A stretch of DNA of 64,000 nucleotides from Rhizophagus irregularis (Eukaryota), in assembly GCF_026210795.1 (NCBI RefSeq), contig NC_089436.1, forward strand, positions 1,364,001-1,428,000, in the 5' to 3' direction. This document shows, one piece after another, positions 58,703 through 64,000 of the stretch; position 1 is the first letter of the stretch; each line of letters starts with the position of its first letter. The notes below the pieces were generated by a model. The model saw only the letters and a program-made list of their open reading frames with translations, searched no databases and was not told where the DNA came from. The translations under genes were made by a program, and so were the position numbers.

Positions 58703-59516
58703 CTATGCTACGATCGCGAATTTGAATTTATTGCTTGGAGTGAAGCAAGTAAGATAATATTCCAACTTAACTTGGGAATACAATTTCGCTAATTCAGGAT
58801 CATAAGGGAACTGATTCCCATTTTTGTGGTACCGTTCGTCATGTAATCCATAATTCCCATGTTTTCCATCGCAAATAGGACATGGTGAATTCCACGGCAG
58901 AGGTGATGTAAAATCATAATTATCAATCCCTCTGAAACTATTTCCAAATTTCAAGTATGGGAAGTGCTCTAAGATGGATTTGATAATTAATTCTGGATCA
59001 GGTCTGACTTCAAAAGTTATAGGCTCAGAAGAAGATAAATAGGATACTTTGTTTTCTGGCTTTGAATTTATGAGAAGGTGATCTTCTGATAATTGCCATG
59101 GCTCATGCCCAGTTTCTTTTTTATATTTTTTGTATAAGTTGGACCAAATCTTATCCATCAAAACACTTGGTAACCCACTCCCTATAAAAACTTTTTATCC
59201 AAATATTTCCATTATTTCTCTGTGTCTTCCGTAAAAATTCTGTGAAAATGGTACATTCACGGATATCCATGTTAGCAAGATGAAAATTTTCATGATTTAA
59301 AGCTATTAATTCCATGAAAATGATACATTCATGGAAAAAACATGGAAAGATAAAACACGGATCAGACTTTTTACAGGGACTTAATACTTTATCGGACTTA
59401 GTTATGTTTTCTTTTTTCTATGATTACAGATCAATTTAAATTCCTGGATAGAAAGCTGTCTAATATTTCTTATTATATTTCCAAAAAAATAATTAGATCA
59501 TCTTTTAAATTATCTA
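58703..59516 (-). pseudogene. 3' part of an intronless hypothetical gene (LEHFPYL...CPICDGKH) broken by MITE/CACTA insertions
   Basis: Removing 59180-59378 plus one TSD restores KSDKVLS-GLPSVLMDKIW...; upstream portion has stops. Confidence 0.65.
59180..59378. mobile_element. CMC/CACTA-type MITE (CCCTR ends)
   Basis: CCCTATAAAAA...TTTTTACAGGG, 3-bp ACT duplication on both flanks. Confidence 0.85.
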
Positions 59517-59871
59517 CACTAGTCAAAAAAGGACAATTCGGCCTAAATTTGACCAGGTCGAATATAGGTCAAATGATGATCTAACCTGTGTCAAATTGAG
59601 GTCAAATTTTTGGGCGCATTTAGGGTGCCAATCGTCTCAAATTCGGAAAGAATATTTGGCTAAAATTAGACCTATATTTGACATTAAAACTTAAGTTGAA
59701 TTATAGTCTAACAACCACCTATTTTATTTCTGAATTTATTTTAATTTTATCATATAATCATATATCAAATTTATTAAAGTATTTATTAAATGCTTAATTA
59801 TATTATTATTATTATTAGCATCTATCTAAATTACAAATAATTATTGCTAATCTACAATTTCACAATCACAT

Positions 59872-62049
59872 GATTCGTGTATTCGTATATACTTACGAAT
59901 CTTGATCTTTTGGAAATCCACCAAAACTATAAAAAAAAGAAAAGAATAATGGTTAGTAACCGTTCTATACTATTAAAAAAAGCAGAAAAAAATCAAGATT
60001 CTACTTACGAATCTTTGTTTTTTCTGTTCTTTAGAAGCCCACCTGAGACACCAAACCTATAAAAAGAAAAGAAAAGAACGGTTAGTAACCGTTTATAATA
60101 ATAAAATAAACCAAGATTCGTACTTACAAATTTTGGTTCCTCTTTTCCCTGAAAGTCAAGATGACATCAAAAAAAAGAAAGAATGGTTATTAGTAACTGT
60201 TCATTAATATTAAATCAAACCAAGATTCGTACTTACTTACGAATCTTGGTTTTTCTACACGGAAGCTCGCCTGAACCTAAAAAAAAGTAAAGAACGGTTA
60301 TTAGTAACCGTTCATAATATTAAAAAATATATATATAAAAAAATATATAAAGATTCGTACTTACGAATCTTTATCTTTGGGTTTTCATTTTTTGGAAACC
60401 CACCCGAACCTAAAAAAAAAGAAAGAATGGTTAGTAAACCATTCATAATAATAATAAATAAATAAAAAATTAAAAGATTCGTACTTGTACTTACAAATCT
60501 TAATCTTTAGGTTTTCGTTCTTCGGAAGCCCACCCGAACCTATAAAAAAAAGAAAGAATGGTTAGTAAACCATTCGTAATAATAACAAATAAAAAAAAAA
60601 TTAAAAGATTCGTACTTGTACTTACGAATCTTAATCTTTGGGTTTTCATTCTTTGGAAGCCCACCCGAACCTATAAAAAAAGAAAGAATAGTTAGTAAAC
60701 CATTCGTAATAATAATAAATAAAAAAAATTAAAAGATTCGTACTTACGAATCTTTATCTTTGGATTTTCGTTCTTCAGAAGCCCACCTGAACCTATAAAA
60801 AAAAAAGAAAGAATGGTTAGTAAACCATTCGTAATAATAATAAATAAATAATTAATTAAAAGATTCGTACTCGTACTTACGAATCTTTATCTTTGGGTTT
60901 TCGTTCTTCAAAAGCCCACCTGAACCTATAAAAAAAAGAAAGAACGGTTATTAGTAACTGTTCGTAATATTAAAAAAAATATAAAAAAAATAAACCAAGA
61001 TTCGTACTTACGAATCTTGGTTCCTCTTTTCCCAAAGGTTAGAAGCCCACTCCATCCGAACTTAAAAAAAAAAGAAAGAACGGTTATTAGTAACTGTTCG
61101 TTAATATTACAAAAAATACAAAAAAAAACCAAGTTTTGTACTTACGAATCTTGGTTTTCCATTCTTTGGAACTCAGAACCCACCCGATTCTAAAAAAGAA
61201 GAAAAGAACGGTTATTAATAACCGTTCATAATATTAAAAAAATAAAAAAAATAAAGATTTATACGTTGAATCTTTGGGTTTTCGTTCTTCAGAAGCCCAC
61301 CAAACCTATAAAAAAATATACAAGAACGGTTAATAAACCGTTCGTAATAATAATAATAATAATAAATAGAACCAAGATTTATACTTACTTACGAATCTTG
61401 GTTCCTCCATTTTTCAGAAGCCCACCCGAGACACCAAACCTATAAAAAAAAAGAAAAGAACGGTTAGTAACTGTTCATAATATTAAAAAAATTAAAATTA
61501 AAAAAATTAAACCGCCAAGATTCGTACTTACGAATCTTGGTTCCTTTTTTCCCGAAGGTCGGAAGCCTACTGAACCTATAAAAAAAAGAAAGAATGGTTA
61601 TTAGTAACCATTCATTAATATTAAAAAAAAATATATAAAATAAACCAAGATTCGTATTTACGAATCTCGTGCTCCTCTTTTCCCGAAAGTCGAAAACCCA
61701 CCTGAACCTATAAAAAAGAAAGAACAGTCATTAGTAACCGTTCATTAATATTAAAAAATAAATATATAAAAAATAAACCAAGATTCGTATTTACGAATCT
61801 TGGTTCCTTTTTTCCCAAAGGTCAGAAGCCCGCCCGATCCTAAAAAAAAGAAAGAACAGTTATTAGTAACCATTCATAAAAAAAACCAAAAAAAGAAACT
61901 AAGATTCGTACTCATACTTACGAATCTTGGTTTTCCGTTTATCGGAAGTTCACCCGAACCTATAAAAAAAAGAAAGAAACGGTTAGTAAACCGTTCCATA
62001 ATAATAAAAAAGAAAAAAAATTTAAGATTCGTAATATAATACTACTTAT
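59872..62049 (-). repeat. Tandem array of ~18 intron + micro-exon units (~110-135 bp) with two palindromes per unit
   Basis: Minus-strand unit: GTAAGTACGAATCTT...T-rich...GAACGGTTACTAACCGTTC-TTTCTTTTTTTATAG followed by a 30-50 nt exon-like segment ending AAGATTC. Confidence 0.9.
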
Positions 62050-62469
62050 GAATCTTCACTTTCATTTTCCCTTTCACTTTCGTTTTACCCTTCCCCTTTC
62101 TTTTTCGTTTTACTCTTCTCCTTTCGTTTTACCTTTCCCCTTTCTTTTTCGTTTTACCTTCCCTTTCGTTTTACCTTTCCCCTTTCTTTTTCGTTTTACT
62201 CTTCCCCTTTCGTTTTACCTTTCTCCTTTCTTTTTCGTTTTACTCTTCCCCTTTCATTTTACCTTTCCCCTTCAGTTTCGTTTTACCTTTCGTTTTCCCC
62301 TTTCTTTTTTCCCCCTTTCTTTTTGTTTTCCTTTTCCTTTTCATTTTTATCCTATCCTTTTCGTTTTACCCTTTTCCTTTCATTTTACCCTTCCCTTTCA
62401 GTTTCGTTTTACCCTTTCGTTTTTACTTCCCCTTTCATTTTCTCTTGCCCATTCATTTTCCTGCGAAAC
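62050..62469 (-). repeat. Purine-rich (minus strand) minisatellite GAAAGGGGAA(A/G)GGTAAAACGAAA
   Basis: Pyrimidine-rich tandem repeats on +, bounded on both sides by the array's intron unit. Confidence 0.85.
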
Positions 62470-62875
62470 CTATATGGAAAATATGAACAGTTAGTAAACC
62501 GTTCATAATACTAAAATAAAATAAAAAAACTGACTTCCCCCTCCCATTTACCTTATTATCCCTGGTGCGTAGTTTTGACCAGCATTCTGGGAAGGGAAAG
62601 ATGACACTAGAATTTTTAAAAAAAAATAATAAAAAAAAAATTTTTTTTTTTCTGCGCCTATAGAGCTAAAAGACGAATAAAAGTTTAAAAAAGAATGCAT
62701 GATTCTTATTTAAACTTTTGATATGCGTAACGCATGACGTGACCATTTCACCAGCATGTTGGTTCGACCAATGTCTAATCGTAGATCATTGCTAATTGAG
62801 GTCGAATTTTTTAATTTTAGTCGAATATAAGCCGAATTTTACTAAGGCTGAATATTCTTTTTTCGACTAGTGCTA

Positions 62876-63850
62876 TGATAAGAAAGGGTAATGATTAATG
62901 AGATTATTATACAGTTATCTCAATTTCACGCTGTTCACATTTAATAAAGTAAAATCTGAATTTATACCTACCTTCTATGCTTTTTTCATCATTATGATCT
63001 AACTTGCATAATGGGCATGATGTCTCGTCAGTAATGTCATAATAATCAAAATTTTTGCTACTAAATTCTTTATACAAAGTAGGATATTGATCTAATATCT
63101 TGTTGTAAAAATAAGAGTGGTTATAAGTTATAGTTACCTTAGCTGAAACATTAATCTAATCATCATAATTCATGATGAAAGTCACATGATTACAATTTGA
63201 TACCTCTGGTCAGTATTGTACATTTTTGATGTCCACAACTTTTTTTGGTTGTTCTGAACATGCTTACGCTCTGTCTATACTCTTCTGTAACTTAAAATTC
63301 TCTACAAAAATTATATATATTTAAGTATAATTGGATGCTAAACATTTTTGCTAAGTATTAAACAAGGTTATCATAGAAAAATTTTGAGAGGTTATCATTT
63401 CTTTTTTGTGTAATATATCCCGAACATTATCCTATGACAACACTGCCTCCAGTATTCTTTCTGCTGAAGCCACATTCTTGATAACACTTTGAATTTAATT
63501 AATAGTAAGGCTTGATATGTCATAAATACTGAAAGTAATTTGCTTAATTTTATCTATTTCCACTCCACCTTTCCTAAATAACATATGGATTTTTTTAGCT
63601 CATAGGGTTTTCATACGTAAGTTTCCCAATGTGATACCAGGTAGATGTTCTAGCATTTCTTTGTATATTTGTAATCTAGCTGTTTTATTTGAAGCTTCAG
63701 TGTCATGACAAATCTCATCAACTTTATTTTCAAAACTATTTGAATAATAGAGCCAAGATAAGATCACCTTATGTTCAGCTTATATTGCATTCTGGAATAA
63801 ATGAACTAAGTTTTGCATCATATCTAAAGATGATGATGAATGTAATATTA
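62876..63850 (-). pseudogene. Degraded intronless hypothetical gene (KTARLQIYKEMLEHLPGITLGNLRMKTL*AKKIHMLF...)
   Basis: Protein-like reading with in-frame TGA/TAA; same strand as, and probably contiguous with, 58703-59516 before the CACTA insertion. Confidence 0.55.
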
Positions 63851-64000
63851 AAGGTATTTGTTCCATACACTGGTCAAAATCTATGCTATCAGGTATATAT
63901 CGGACACCTATATATTGGTAATAAATCAGATATATATAGGGCAGTTACATATATTACAGACACATCGTACACTAATATATCATATGGAATCTTGATAATT

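Larger units (their letters stand above)
59517..62872. mobile_element. Non-autonomous CACTA (EnSpm) element
   Basis: Left CACTAGTCAAAAAAGGACAATTCGGCC, right reverse complement CACTAGTCGAAAAAAGAATATTCAGCC; CTA duplication at 59514-59516 and 62873-62875; subterminal GGTC(G/A)AAT repeats; no transposase ORF. Confidence 0.9.

Noticed and set aside
59872..62049. CRISPR array (palindromic repeats with spacers)
   Set aside because: Eukaryotic context, no cas genes, the spacers are homologous to each other, and the unit carries spliceosomal signals.
62048..62508. F/P-rich plus-strand ORFs
   Set aside because: Translation of the pyrimidine-rich satellite strand.
62560..62612. Helitron 3' end (small hairpin then CTAG)
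   Set aside because: Hairpin is weak and too far from CTAG, and the next base is A, not T.

Overview
AT-rich, intron-dense eukaryotic (fungal) DNA. Gene families (expanded TKL kinases, lineage-type hypothetical proteins), short GT-AG introns and MITE load suggest an arbuscular mycorrhizal fungus (Glomeromycotina, Rhizophagus-like); this is inference. Apparently intact genes: homoserine O-acetyltransferase (MET2), a convergent mitochondrial carrier with micro-exons, two paraoxonase-like lactonases in an inverted duplication, a cytochrome P450, a TKL kinase and two hypothetical proteins. The rest is pseudogenes, CMC/CACTA-, PIF- and pogo-type non-autonomous transposons, a polyA/TSD-flanked retro-insertion and purine-rich satellites. 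The most striking feature is a 3.36-kb CACTA element (59517-62872, CTA target duplication) holding about 18 tandem ~125-bp units. On the minus strand each unit reads as a complete spliceosomal intron plus a 30-50 nt micro-exon, with both the 5' splice site and the branch point sitting inside palindromic hairpins.
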